Shown here in pieces: positions 8,779 through 18,182 of a DNA stretch of 64,000 nucleotides. The stretch's first letter is position 1, and each line of letters opens with the position of its first letter. Under the pieces are notes generated by a model, which saw only the letters and a program-made list of their open reading frames with translations, was not told the DNA's origin and ran no database searches. This DNA comes from Acidobacteriota bacterium. GTDB taxonomy: Bacteria; Acidobacteriota; Thermoanaerobaculia; Thermoanaerobaculales; Sulfomarinibacteraceae. The DNA lies in the NCBI GenBank assembly GCA_033791425.1, contig JASJGQ010000261.1:3068-67067 (forward strand). The letters run 5' to 3'. Made by a program: the position numbers and the translations under genes.

Positions 8779-10023
8779 TCAGTCCCTGTTGAAGCTCACC
8801 TTGGCGAACCGGCGATTGCCGACCTGCAACAAAACCACCTGTTGGCCCACTGTGCTCACCCGGGCCTTGGTGTCGCTCGCCACTTCTCCATCAACGCGGA
8901 CGCCTCCCTGCTGGATCAGGCGCCGCGCTTCCGAGTTGGACGAAGCCAGTCCGCCCTCCACCATGATCTTCGACAACAACATCGCGTCGTCAGAAGGCGC
9001 CAGCTCGAACTCGGGGATGTCCTGCGGCAATTTGCCCTTCGAGAACACCCGTTCGAACTCCGCGCGAGCGGCTGTCGCATCCTCCTCGCCATGGAACTCT
9101 GCCACCATCGTGGCGGCGAGGTCCTTTTTGACCTCCATGGGATGGAGGGCGCCATCGGCCACCCGGCGCCGATCCGCCTCGATCTCGCCTTCGGTTCGAT
9201 CCGTCAACAACAACCAGTACTTCCACATCAGGTCGTCGGAGACTGACATCAGCTTGCCGAACATGTCCGTCGGGGTGTCCTCGACCGCCACGTAGTTGCC
9301 AAGAGACTTCGACATCTTCTCGACGCCGTCGAGCCCCTCCAGAAGCGGCAGGGTCATCACGACCTGGGGATCCAGACCGTGCTCCCGCATCAGGTGACGG
9401 CCGACCAGGAGGTTGAAGAGCTGGTCGGTGCCGCCAAGTTCGACGTCGGCCTCGAGGGCCACCGAATCGTAGCCCTGAGCCAGCGGGTAGAGAAACTCGT
9501 GAAGAGCTATCGGCTGCTGAGCTTCATAACGGGTGCGGAAATCGTCCCGCTCCAACATCTGGGCAACAGTCACTTTGGCCGCAAGACGAATCCAGTCCGC
9601 AGAACTCAGGGCTCCCAGCCAGCGTGAGTTGAAATCGATGACAGTCGTCTCTGGGTCGAGCAGCTTGTAGATCTGCCGTTTGTAGGTTGCGGCGTTGCTT
9701 TCGATTTCAGCCGGTGTCAGCTGCGGCCGAGTGCTCTTCTTGCCGGTGGGATCACCGATCAACCCCGTGAAATCCCCGATCAGGAAGACCACCGTGTGGC
9801 CCAGTTGTTGGAAGTGCCGCATTTTACGAATCACCACCGTATGACCCAGATGGAGGTCCGGAGCAGAGGGGTCGAACCCTACTTTGACAACCAACTTTTT
9901 GCCGCTGGCCTGCGCACGCCGCAGCTTGTCCGCGAGCTGATCGGCCGGAACGACATCGACGCATCCCTTGTTCAGATAGCTCAGCTGTTGATCAAGATCG
10001 AGCTGTTTCACGCTCTCCTCCAC
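8779..10023 (-). CDS. tyrS: Tyrosine--tRNA ligase
   Basis: Class I signatures HLGH (PDLHLGHTV) and KMSKS (KMSKSLGN) are present, with a C-terminal S4-like domain. Confidence 0.95.
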   Translation of the reverse strand: MEESVKQLDLDQQLSYLNKGCVDVVPADQLADKLRRAQASGKKLVVKVGFDPSAPDLHLGHTVVIRKMRHFQQLGHTVVFLIGDFTGLIGDPTGKKSTRPQLTPAEIESNAATYKRQIYKLLDPETTVIDFNSRWLGALSSADWIRLAAKVTVAQMLERDDFRTRYEAQQPIALHEFLYPLAQGYDSVALEADVELGGTDQLFNLLVGRHLMREHGLDPQVVMTLPLLEGLDGVEKMSKSLGNYVAVEDTPTDMFGKLMSVSDDLMWKYWLLLTDRTEGEIEADRRRVADGALHPMEVKKDLAATMVAEFHGEEDATAARAEFERVFSKGKLPQDIPEFELAPSDDAMLLSKIMVEGGLASSNSEARRLIQQGGVRVDGEVASDTKARVSTVGQQVVLLQVGNRRFAKVSFNRD

Positions 10024-10039
10024 ACTCGGCCTTCTGTCA

Positions 10040-12028
10040 TCACTCTTCGATTTCGACGATCGGCAAGATTCCGGCGGCCGTGATCTGCAACTCGTCCCAC
10101 CGCACCAGACCGCTCAAGGCCTGATTCACGGTTTCCACCGATACCGAAAGGATGTTCATTTCCATTTCCGACGCCTGCTGCCATCGTGCCGCGCCGGCTG
10201 CAACCGCCGCGCACCGGCGGGCTCGACCCGTCGCACCGCTCCAACGGGCGGCCGCGACAGCGGCAACCCGGCGCCGTGCGGGTGTCAGCTCGTCCTCTTC
10301 CGCCGGTGCCGTCAGCGCGCTCCAGCTCTCCTGCAAACTGTTCTCGAGATCCTCCAGCGGCGACACCGCAGTCACCACCAGCAACAACACAGAACGTCCA
10401 GGCACATAGGGCGCGAGCACCTCAACATCAGCTCCCGCAAACAACGCGGACCCGCGACCGAGCAACAGCTCCGCCAGGACCAGGGGTTGCGCCTCACCGA
10501 GAGCGACTGGAATGTCGAGGGTCAGAACCACAGAGGACTGTTTCCCCGCAACCGCCTCGCGGGTCTTCGGCACCGGCGGCAACGTTTGTCCGGAAGTCAC
10601 GCGAACGGTTCTGTTGCCAATCGTCCAGAATTTTCGAACCGCCTCTGCGGCCGCCTCGCCATCCTCGGCGACAACGCCGATGGCGAGATTTTCCTGACGC
10701 AAAAGAGTGATCGCAGTCAACTCGAAACCCTCTGCGACGCCGAGAACACCCGCCGTCATTCGGAGCGCCCGGCGACGGGCGTCACCCGGCGCAAACGGGA
10801 TCGAGCGCTGATCCGCCGCCACCCGCTCGGTGGCGGCACGAAGAGCCTCGACGAGCTCTGCAAACTGCCCGGAGGGCGATGCGATCTCGAGACGGGGCGG
10901 GCTGGATCCGACTTCCACCCAGCCGGGACGTTCAGCGCCCGCGCGCAATTCGCGCGCAACCTTCGTGAGGATCGTCGCCGCCATTTCGTTGTCGAGGTCG
11001 GGGATGACAACCGGCCGCAGACAGACGACCCCCAGCGGCGTACCCGGTCTCTCGAGAATGGCCGCCATGAGACCGCTTTCGAGTTGAAGCACATTCGGCG
11101 GAGAGGCGAATCGCGGGTTGAGGGCCTGCGGCGGCAGCACCACGACCACGCTGCCAGGATGCTGCGGGAGCCAAACTCGAGCAGCTTCGCGAACTCCACC
11201 CAGGGTGACGCCCTCGGCGGCAAAGAGGTACTCACGGACCGCGGCGATTCCGCCCGCGGTCCACAATTCGAGGAGGTGCAGTGCCGCCTCCGGATGTTTT
11301 TCCAGGAGGGCGCGGCGTTGAACCAGGAGCCTCTGCGCCGCAGCCTCGACCTGGTCGCCCTTGAGGCGGGGGTCTTCCGAGATCCGCGCGAGCCCGATGC
11401 GCAGTTTGGTGAGCTCGAGGTCCACCCTATCGGCATTTACCCGCGCTTCGAGGATCCCCCGCGGGCCCTCGGTTCGGCTCTGGAGTCCCGCTAGATCTCC
11501 GGACAGGATCTCGGGCAGGAGATCCCAGAGAACCTCCGCTGGAGTTCGATTTGGATCGGACGGTGCCGGCAGATTGACCTGAAGCCTGATCTCGGCTTCC
11601 GAACCAGGCGGGCCGAGACGGCGCTCCATCCGGGCCTCGTCAACATATTCGCGAACCTGCACTTGGATACGTCCCGCGGTCCGTCCTGCAAATGATCTCT
11701 CCAGCACCCCGCGGAGCTCCACGAGGGGGACACCACCGGCAGCAATCACCACGGGCGGCGCAGGGCCGTCGGGTGACAAGGCCAGCGCCGCCTCGAGATC
11801 GGCGATCAACGTCATTTCGCCGCTGGTGACCACGAGGGCCATCTCTTCAGCTACAGCCGGCCACGCTACCGTCGTAGCATCGGACATGGGCTCTTCAACC
11901 ACTATGAGGACCGTACCGTTGGACAGACGCTCCGTGTGGAGAGCCTGGGCCTCCACTGACGCGGCGCTGCCGTAAGCGACAGTCGCCAACGCCAATAAGC
12001 ACTGTAGACACGAGCGTTTCACCTTCAT
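10040..12028 (-). CDS. Secreted protein with distant, degenerate pitrilysin (M16)-like two-lobe organisation; no HxxEH zinc motif
   Basis: The signal peptide is MKVKRSCLQCLLALATVAYGSAASVEA. Both halves open with an M16-like strand (ERLSNGTVLIVVEEP... and LESGLMAAILERPGTP...). I saw no HxxEH motif anywhere. The ORF track start (12256) was trimmed. Confidence 0.5.
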   Translation of the reverse strand: MKVKRSCLQCLLALATVAYGSAASVEAQALHTERLSNGTVLIVVEEPMSDATTVAWPAVAEEMALVVTSGEMTLIADLEAALALSPDGPAPPVVIAAGGVPLVELRGVLERSFAGRTAGRIQVQVREYVDEARMERRLGPPGSEAEIRLQVNLPAPSDPNRTPAEVLWDLLPEILSGDLAGLQSRTEGPRGILEARVNADRVDLELTKLRIGLARISEDPRLKGDQVEAAAQRLLVQRRALLEKHPEAALHLLELWTAGGIAAVREYLFAAEGVTLGGVREAARVWLPQHPGSVVVVLPPQALNPRFASPPNVLQLESGLMAAILERPGTPLGVVCLRPVVIPDLDNEMAATILTKVARELRAGAERPGWVEVGSSPPRLEIASPSGQFAELVEALRAATERVAADQRSIPFAPGDARRRALRMTAGVLGVAEGFELTAITLLRQENLAIGVVAEDGEAAAEAVRKFWTIGNRTVRVTSGQTLPPVPKTREAVAGKQSSVVLTLDIPVALGEAQPLVLAELLLGRGSALFAGADVEVLAPYVPGRSVLLLVVTAVSPLEDLENSLQESWSALTAPAEEDELTPARRRVAAVAAARWSGATGRARRCAAVAAGAARWQQASEMEMNILSVSVETVNQALSGLVRWDELQITAAGILPIVEIEE

Positions 12029-12968
12029 GGCGGCCGTCATGGTAGCATGCCGACCAATGCGCATCGATACCCACGCAACAGCTGTGTCGGCCATCGCCAT
12101 CTCGTGGTTGGCAGCGATCACAGCATTGGGATCCACTCTCTTGCTGGCCGTCGTCGGCCAGGGTTTGGGCGCTGTGGCGGGGGGCTGTGGCTGGATCGGG
12201 GCGACCTTTCCCCTGGACCGCCAGGTCTGGGCGTTGGTCAACCAGCCCACCCTCAACTTTTCGTCGTTGCCGAGCGCGGGTGGCTACTGGCTCGGATCGA
12301 TGGTGTTGCCATTGCTCGCCGCTCTGTTCCTGCTCACTCTACGACCTCGAAAGCCGACCCTGGTCGGCCAACTGGTGGTGGTTCAGATGGCCTGGTGGGC
12401 AGCTCTGGTGGCGGGGACGTGGCTCCCTCTCCTGGATCCGGTCGATGGCCACCTCTCGAGGTGGTTGCTGTTGCACCGACTCCCAGCAACGCTGGTGTGG
12501 TCCGTCCCCGCGGTGGCGGCGGTTGTCGCCGTGTTCGCGACCTTGCGAGTGCTCGAAATAGCCCGCGGCTCGCGCTCTGACCTCGGCCGCGGTGCCCGGG
12601 AAGGAATCATCGTCGTCCACCTCGTCCTTCCGGTCCTGGGTTGGATCGGCACGATTTTTCTTGTCGCGGGTTCGTTGCCCCCGGCTCCGGTCATCGGGCT
12701 CGCGGTGCCGGTGGCTGCCGCGCTGGTGTTCGGTTGGTTTCGGTATCCCCCTCCCTACCCCCGCCCGCTGCGCGCGCCTTCGCGCCACGCTGTCGTTGCC
12801 CTCCTTGGCGGGGCCCTGTTCGCGGCGGGCGCGATCTGGATGGGAGGTCGTCCGCTTTCCGACGGCCACACGGCGGGCGTGTTATGGGGCAACCCTGGAA
12901 GTTTCAACAATATTCGACCGTGGATCGAGTTCCCCTCGTCCGCGGCGGAGGGACACGATGATGGCTGA
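12027..12968 (+). CDS. Polytopic inner-membrane protein, unknown family
   Basis: It has several hydrophobic helices and a Pro-rich loop (RYPPPYPRPLRAP). The start is uncertain (ATG 12027, 12039 or 12057). Confidence 0.5.
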   Translation: MAAVMVACRPMRIDTHATAVSAIAISWLAAITALGSTLLLAVVGQGLGAVAGGCGWIGATFPLDRQVWALVNQPTLNFSSLPSAGGYWLGSMVLPLLAALFLLTLRPRKPTLVGQLVVVQMAWWAALVAGTWLPLLDPVDGHLSRWLLLHRLPATLVWSVPAVAAVVAVFATLRVLEIARGSRSDLGRGAREGIIVVHLVLPVLGWIGTIFLVAGSLPPAPVIGLAVPVAAALVFGWFRYPPPYPRPLRAPSRHAVVALLGGALFAAGAIWMGGRPLSDGHTAGVLWGNPGSFNNIRPWIEFPSSAAEGHDDG

Positions 12969-13078
12969 ATGCCGGAGGCGGCCGCCGTGCCCATCCGGTG
13001 TTTCGAACAAGTTATACTATGCTGCAATGCCCCATTCGCCCAAGGCAATGGAGCACGACAACACAAGGAGTTGAAACC

Positions 13079-13594
13079 ATGAATTCGAAAGTCGAAAAGG
13101 GGCTCAACGAACAGATCCACGCGGAGTTCTTTTCATTTTATCTCTACCTTTCAGTCGCCGCCTACTTCACCAAGATCCACCTCGACGGCTTTTCTCACTG
13201 GATGCGTGTCCAGTCGCAGGAGGAGTTCGGCCACGCCATGAAGCTCTTCAACTACCTCAATGAACGGGGCGGCACGGTCGAGTTGATGGCACTCGATGCC
13301 CCCCAGAGCGAGTGGACCTCACCGGCGGCTGCGGTGGAGGCTGTGCTCAAGCACGAGCAGTACATCAGTCGACGCATCAACGAACTCGTGGATCTCGCAA
13401 ACAACGAAAACGACCATGCCACGACCGTTGTGTTGCACTGGTACGTCAATGAACAGGTCGAAGAAGAGGCCACCGCCGACACCCTCTTCCATCAGGTGCA
13501 GATGGTGGAGTCGAACCCTCACGGCCTCCTCATGATCGATCGTGAGTTGGCCGCTCGCCCGGCGGCAGCGCCGGTGGGTGCCGGTCAAGCCTGA
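13079..13594 (+). CDS. ftn: Ferritin (non-haem, Ftn-type)
   Basis: The ferroxidase-centre context is present: LNEQIHAEFFSFYLYLSVAAYF, QEEFGHAMKLFNYLNERGG, EQVEEE. An SD (AAGGAG) lies 8 nt upstream of ATG 13079. Confidence 0.9.
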   Translation: MNSKVEKGLNEQIHAEFFSFYLYLSVAAYFTKIHLDGFSHWMRVQSQEEFGHAMKLFNYLNERGGTVELMALDAPQSEWTSPAAAVEAVLKHEQYISRRINELVDLANNENDHATTVVLHWYVNEQVEEEATADTLFHQVQMVESNPHGLLMIDRELAARPAAAPVGAGQA

Positions 13595-13629
13595 CGGAGC
13601 ATCCTCAATAAACCGCTCGTGTGGCTTTT

Positions 13630-14502
13630 CTACGTTGCGGCTGCTGCTGCGCCGAGGATGAGGGTTCGGGCGATGTCAATGCCTGTGGCTTGCTCGAGGC
13701 GGAGGAATCCTGGAGTCGGATTGACTTCGAGGACCACCGCTTCTCCGTCGCGGATCACGAGATCGACACCGCAGTGACCGAGACCGAGAGCCTCGGCTGC
13801 CGCCACTGCCATCCGAACCTTGTCGCCAGACGGCCGATATGACTCAGCGGTGCCATCGCGGGCGGCATTCGAGCGCCATTCACCCGCGGCCGCGTGGAAC
13901 TGGGCCGCTGCCACTACGGCACCGTTGACGACCAGAGCCCGAACGGTGCTGGTGCCCTCCGGCAACCACTGCTGGACGATGACCTCGTCGCCGAGCCGCC
14001 ACAGACTGTCGAGAACGGCATCCAGGTGGTCGCGAGTGGCACAGCGGATGACCCCCACCCCCATCCGCGATCGCCGCTGTTTGACGACGACTGGCAGACC
14101 GAGTTCTTTTATTGCCGCCGACGCAAGGATCTCCGGGTCCGCTCCCGCAACAGTTTTCGGCACAGGCAGGCCGCTGGACGCGAGCTTTTCGATCGTCGAC
14201 CAGTGATCCCGGCCACGGCGGATGGCCGAAGGCGGGTTGGGGGTCGCCGAACCGGAAGCGATCAGCGCCTCAAGCACCGCAAGTGTGCTGTCGGGCCGCC
14301 AGTTCCCGACCCTTGCCAATACCACGTCGGGTCGAACTTCGAGAACACCGCCACCGACGGCGCGAACCCCATTATCCGATGCCACCGCCGAAAGAGTATT
14401 GGAATCCACCACCGCGAGGGGATAACCAAGGCCCTCGGCCGCTTCGACCAGACGGCTGTTGGTCTTCAACTCCGGACGGGCGGTCAGAAGGAGCATTTTC
14501 AC
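13630..14502 (-). CDS. RimK-family ATP-grasp ligase
   Basis: ATP-grasp features are present: LPVVVKQRRSRMGVGV and GLGHCGVDLVIRDGEAVVLEVNPTPGF. The length is about 290 aa. The start may be ATG 14496. Confidence 0.8.
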   Translation of the reverse strand: MKMLLLTARPELKTNSRLVEAAEGLGYPLAVVDSNTLSAVASDNGVRAVGGGVLEVRPDVVLARVGNWRPDSTLAVLEALIASGSATPNPPSAIRRGRDHWSTIEKLASSGLPVPKTVAGADPEILASAAIKELGLPVVVKQRRSRMGVGVIRCATRDHLDAVLDSLWRLGDEVIVQQWLPEGTSTVRALVVNGAVVAAAQFHAAAGEWRSNAARDGTAESYRPSGDKVRMAVAAAEALGLGHCGVDLVIRDGEAVVLEVNPTPGFLRLEQATGIDIARTLILGAAAAAT

Positions 14503-14556
14503 GCCGCCATGGTAACCCAGGGCCTTGCCAGACCCGAGAATCGCTATACTGGGTCG

Positions 14557-15936
14557 ATGATCAATGGATGTCTAGATCGGCTCCACTTCGGGGACCTTCT
14601 CCAATGGTTCCATATGGGCAACGTCAGTGGCCGTCTCAGCCTTCAGGGCAGCCGTGGCGAGCGCCGGCTTGATTTCAGCCGTGGCAAGGTGTGCTTTGTC
14701 TCTTCGACCGTACCCGAGGAACGTCTCGCGTCCTGGATCGCCGCGGGAAGTCTCCTCAACCCCGACCACCTCCGCCGGGTCCTGGCGCATTCGATGCTTC
14801 GGCGCGAGCTTTTCACCGACCTGCTACTGGCCGAGGGCCAGTTCAACGCAGATCAGCTCAAAGAGAGTCTGACCGAACTCGCCGAGGCCGTGACCGGGCG
14901 GGTTCTCTCGTCACCTCAGGTCGACTTTTCCTTCGATCCCGACTATCCGGTCCTCGATGTTCTCGGTCTCAGACTCGATGTGGCGCCGAACCAACTTCTT
15001 CTGGAGGCCGCCCGCCGCTCCGACGAAGGGGACCTCGGAACACCGGACGGCGACCGTCACGAGTTGCCGCTTGGCGGCGAGGCCTTCGAGAGCCTGTTCT
15101 GGGATCTGGTTCGAGATGGCATTTCAGCTGATGACCCGGTTGACGGGGCGAGGTTGACGGCGTTTCATAATCTCGTTCAGGACATCGTGAATACGCTCGC
15201 GCAATGGCTGGCTTCTAGCCCCGGGTTGGTCCCGTTGCCGAAGAGTCAGGTCGCTGCCATCTCGGGGGATGTCATCGGCCGGGACGCCGAGGAGCTCTTC
15301 GGCCTGCCCCACGCCACCTGGGACCAAATGGTTCTCGCCCGTGCCCTCCATATTTCCGGACACGAGGGCCCCTTCACGATGGCCGAGATCGAAAAAGCGA
15401 CCGCTGAAATCGACATTGTTCCCGACCTCGTGGCCGCCGACTTTCTTCACCGTCCCGATGCCGGCAGACTCGACCGGCTCGTCCGTCGGCTGGTCAGCGT
15501 GTGGTCCCGGACAGCCGCGGCGGCAGCGCCCCACCTCGGCGTCGATCCACGCACCGCGACGCTAGCTGTCCACCTGGTGTCGGTCCCGACGGATCTTGTG
15601 TTGTGGGTTCTAACCACGTTGCCGGTACCCCATCGTCAGCTCCGCAAGGCCCTCCTGATCCACCTCTCACGGCGTGTGGGCTCTCGTCTGGCGCGACTGG
15701 CAGACTTTCCAACACCTTTCCGGGAAATTGTCAGCCCGCAGACTCCAACCCCTCTCGGCATCTGTCTCAACCTCGGCCGTCGCTGCCTTCCGACGGTTGC
15801 AGGGTGGCCGGCAACGGTTCCTGAAGACAGCGATGTGGAACTCGATTTTGCCTCGTCAGCGGCTCTGGCGATGGCGGAAGATGCTGCCCGCCAGACGGCG
15901 GCAGAGACCGACGCCGACGTTCTCGCGATAGGCTAA
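14557..15936 (+). CDS. DUF4388 (PatA-N-like) domain protein with a roughly 330-aa uncharacterised C-terminal region
   Basis: The N-terminus LDRLHFGDLLQWFHMGNVSGRLSLQGSRGERRLDFSRGKVCFVSS...RLASWI...LLNPDHLRRVL matches the DUF4388 pattern. I trimmed from 13894 because the upstream part is antisense to the RimK-like gene. The alternative start is ATG 14509. Confidence 0.65.
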   Translation: MINGCLDRLHFGDLLQWFHMGNVSGRLSLQGSRGERRLDFSRGKVCFVSSTVPEERLASWIAAGSLLNPDHLRRVLAHSMLRRELFTDLLLAEGQFNADQLKESLTELAEAVTGRVLSSPQVDFSFDPDYPVLDVLGLRLDVAPNQLLLEAARRSDEGDLGTPDGDRHELPLGGEAFESLFWDLVRDGISADDPVDGARLTAFHNLVQDIVNTLAQWLASSPGLVPLPKSQVAAISGDVIGRDAEELFGLPHATWDQMVLARALHISGHEGPFTMAEIEKATAEIDIVPDLVAADFLHRPDAGRLDRLVRRLVSVWSRTAAAAAPHLGVDPRTATLAVHLVSVPTDLVLWVLTTLPVPHRQLRKALLIHLSRRVGSRLARLADFPTPFREIVSPQTPTPLGICLNLGRRCLPTVAGWPATVPEDSDVELDFASSAALAMAEDAARQTAAETDADVLAIG

Positions 15937-15958
15937 GCCTGATGGGCCGCAGAAGCCC

Positions 15959-18133
15959 TTACTGCGGCAGAGCGATCACAACCTCGGTGCCCTCACCAAA
16001 GGTACTGGCAATCGTGATCGTACCCCCGTGGATCGTCGCCACCCTGTCCGCGATCGCGAGACCGAGTCCGATGCCGTGTCGTTTGCCGGCCGTCGAATCG
16101 TCGCCCTGCCAGAAGGCCTCACGAACCCGATCAAGGTCGGTCTCCGGGATCCCCACGCCGACATCGCTGACACGCAGCTGCAGCCATCTTTCGTCGCCTC
16201 GCGTCACCCGACGGACTTCGAGTTTGACCTCACCACCTTCGTGACTGAATTCGACCCCGTTTCTGACCACCGCCCGAAGGGCCGCTTCGATGCTCTCACG
16301 GTCGCACGAAATCGTCTCGAGCCCGCTCGGAATCAACATCACGATATTGACCTTGCGGTCTTTTACGAGATCCCGAAGAGGCGCTATTGCCTGCCGGAAG
16401 AGCTCCTGCGCCGGCACCGGTCGGCACACGAGGTCACGACCCCCCCCACCCAGCACCGAAACTTGAAAGATACTCTGGATCATCTCCAGAAGCTTTTCAC
16501 TCTCGTCGTGGATGATCGCCACCAGGCGGCGCGCCTTGTCGGCTGGAATGTCCTCGTCACGCTCGAGGATCTTCGCGGCAGTGAACAGCGAGGTGACAGG
16601 GGTCTTGAATTCGAGCGAGAGACGGTTGATGAGCTCGTTCTTGACGCCGTCAAGGGTGGCGAGGTCCCGATACGCCTCTTCGAGAAGAGACTTCTTTTCC
16701 GCCAGATCGTCGGCCAGGCGCCTCGATTGGGCGAGTGAATTTCTCAGCTCCGATGTGCGTTCAGCGACCTGCTCCTCGAGGCCCCGGCTGAGTTCTTCCA
16801 TCTGTTTCCAGGCGATCGCATTGGCGTAACCCATGGCGGCGGCGGACACGAGAACCGACACCAACTGGAGATCATCCTCGTCAAGATCGTTGCGTTCGGC
16901 GTCTCCAAATACCGTCACGAGGCCAATGATCTTGTCCTGGGTCTGGAGTGGCACGGCGATCGCCGATGCAAAACCGGCTCTCTCCACGACAGCCATCGCC
17001 TCCGCTGCGACATCATCACCCACCGTCATGGTCACGAGGTGCGGCGCCTGACGATCGAGCAGAGTTGCCGCCATCGAGCGTCCCTGTTCATCGACTTCGC
17101 TATTAAAAGGGTCATTGCTGAAGCCGTGAACCACTGCTTCTCGGAGTTGGCCGGAGGTCGGAACGATCAAGGCCGCGGCGCCCTGGACTTCAAGCAACTT
17201 GATGGCTGTCGATATCAGGAGCCTCAACACCGATGCCGGGTCGCGTTCGTTGCCTACAGCACGGCCGTATTCGGAAATCCCGGCCATCACCCGAACCTTG
17301 CGCTCGAGAAGTCGGCTCAGGCTGTCCAGACGTGTATTGAGTTCTCCCATGACCAGATTGGCCCGCAAGGCCTCGGCCACGAGGTCATCATCGGTCAAAG
17401 CCTCACCCGACGGGTCGTCGCGTTCGGCGACAGTGATCTCAATGTCGTCAGCCGGAAGGGGTGCTCCACCGGCGGCGAGAAACGGCTCCATCGAAGCGTT
17501 CATCTGGTAGCGGAGGCGGTCAAGGGCCTGCGGATTGTCGCCGACGCCGAGCTTGTCGGCGACTGTCACCAGCGTCAGCTCGCCGATCGCCTTGAAGGCC
17601 TCGAGCACTCCGTCGCCGGTGGTCGCCACGGTAGGAAACGAAGGTAGCCCCTGTGGGTTGAGGGCGGCCTCCATTTCTTCAAGGCTCAGGATCGGACTCA
17701 GGTCGCGCTTGTTGAACTGAAATACTATCGGGAGGCCCTGGACATCGAGGCTGTTGGCGGCGAGGTTATGTTTCAGATTCTGAAGCGACTCGACATTGTG
17801 CTCTCGCTGATCGATCTGTGAGTCCGCCACAAAGACGACTCCATCGGCGCCCGCGAGGACGGTTCGTCTGGTGGCGTCGTACTGCACCTGGCCCGGCACG
17901 GTATAGAGCTGGAGAGAGAGGCGAAAATCTCGAATTCGACCGAGATTGAGCGACAAGAGGTCAAAAAAGAGCGTCCGGTCGGCAGCCGTGTTGAGAGAGT
18001 AGAGTCGTGTGCGACGCTCGGGATCGAGGACGCGGTGTATCTGCTGGAGCGATGTCGTCTTTCCGCCGGTGGCCGGCCCGTAGTAGACGATCTTGATTTT
18101 GACCTGGCGGTTTTTGTTGTCGAACTGAACCAT
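15959..18133 (-). CDS. Fusion protein: MglA-type small GTPase + GAF domain + histidine-kinase core (degenerate H-box, intact HATPase_c)
   Basis: Residues 1-195 are collinear with MglA: KIKIVYYGPATGGKTT, DRTLFFD, YTVPGQ, QFNKRD, ATTGDGV. A GAF-like region spans about residues 296-440. A coiled coil is followed by the DHp helix RLSLEFKTPVTSL. The N box (VVRNGVEFS), G1 (DVGVGI) and G2 (GIGLGL) are present. No TM segment was seen. Confidence 0.85.
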   Translation of the reverse strand: MVQFDNKNRQVKIKIVYYGPATGGKTTSLQQIHRVLDPERRTRLYSLNTAADRTLFFDLLSLNLGRIRDFRLSLQLYTVPGQVQYDATRRTVLAGADGVVFVADSQIDQREHNVESLQNLKHNLAANSLDVQGLPIVFQFNKRDLSPILSLEEMEAALNPQGLPSFPTVATTGDGVLEAFKAIGELTLVTVADKLGVGDNPQALDRLRYQMNASMEPFLAAGGAPLPADDIEITVAERDDPSGEALTDDDLVAEALRANLVMGELNTRLDSLSRLLERKVRVMAGISEYGRAVGNERDPASVLRLLISTAIKLLEVQGAAALIVPTSGQLREAVVHGFSNDPFNSEVDEQGRSMAATLLDRQAPHLVTMTVGDDVAAEAMAVVERAGFASAIAVPLQTQDKIIGLVTVFGDAERNDLDEDDLQLVSVLVSAAAMGYANAIAWKQMEELSRGLEEQVAERTSELRNSLAQSRRLADDLAEKKSLLEEAYRDLATLDGVKNELINRLSLEFKTPVTSLFTAAKILERDEDIPADKARRLVAIIHDESEKLLEMIQSIFQVSVLGGGGRDLVCRPVPAQELFRQAIAPLRDLVKDRKVNIVMLIPSGLETISCDRESIEAALRAVVRNGVEFSHEGGEVKLEVRRVTRGDERWLQLRVSDVGVGIPETDLDRVREAFWQGDDSTAGKRHGIGLGLAIADRVATIHGGTITIASTFGEGTEVVIALPQ

Positions 18134-18182
18134 GACCCTCCAGCTCCCGACCTCCCATTATGACCGCCATCACGCTGGGAAG

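Noticed and set aside
13013-13018. TATACT upstream of ferritin as its promoter -10 element, with a Fur box nearby.
   Set aside because: There is no acceptable -35 element at 16-18 nt and no AT-rich Fur-box-like sequence in the 13000-13078 leader, only two GCAATG direct repeats. The call is too weak to annotate.
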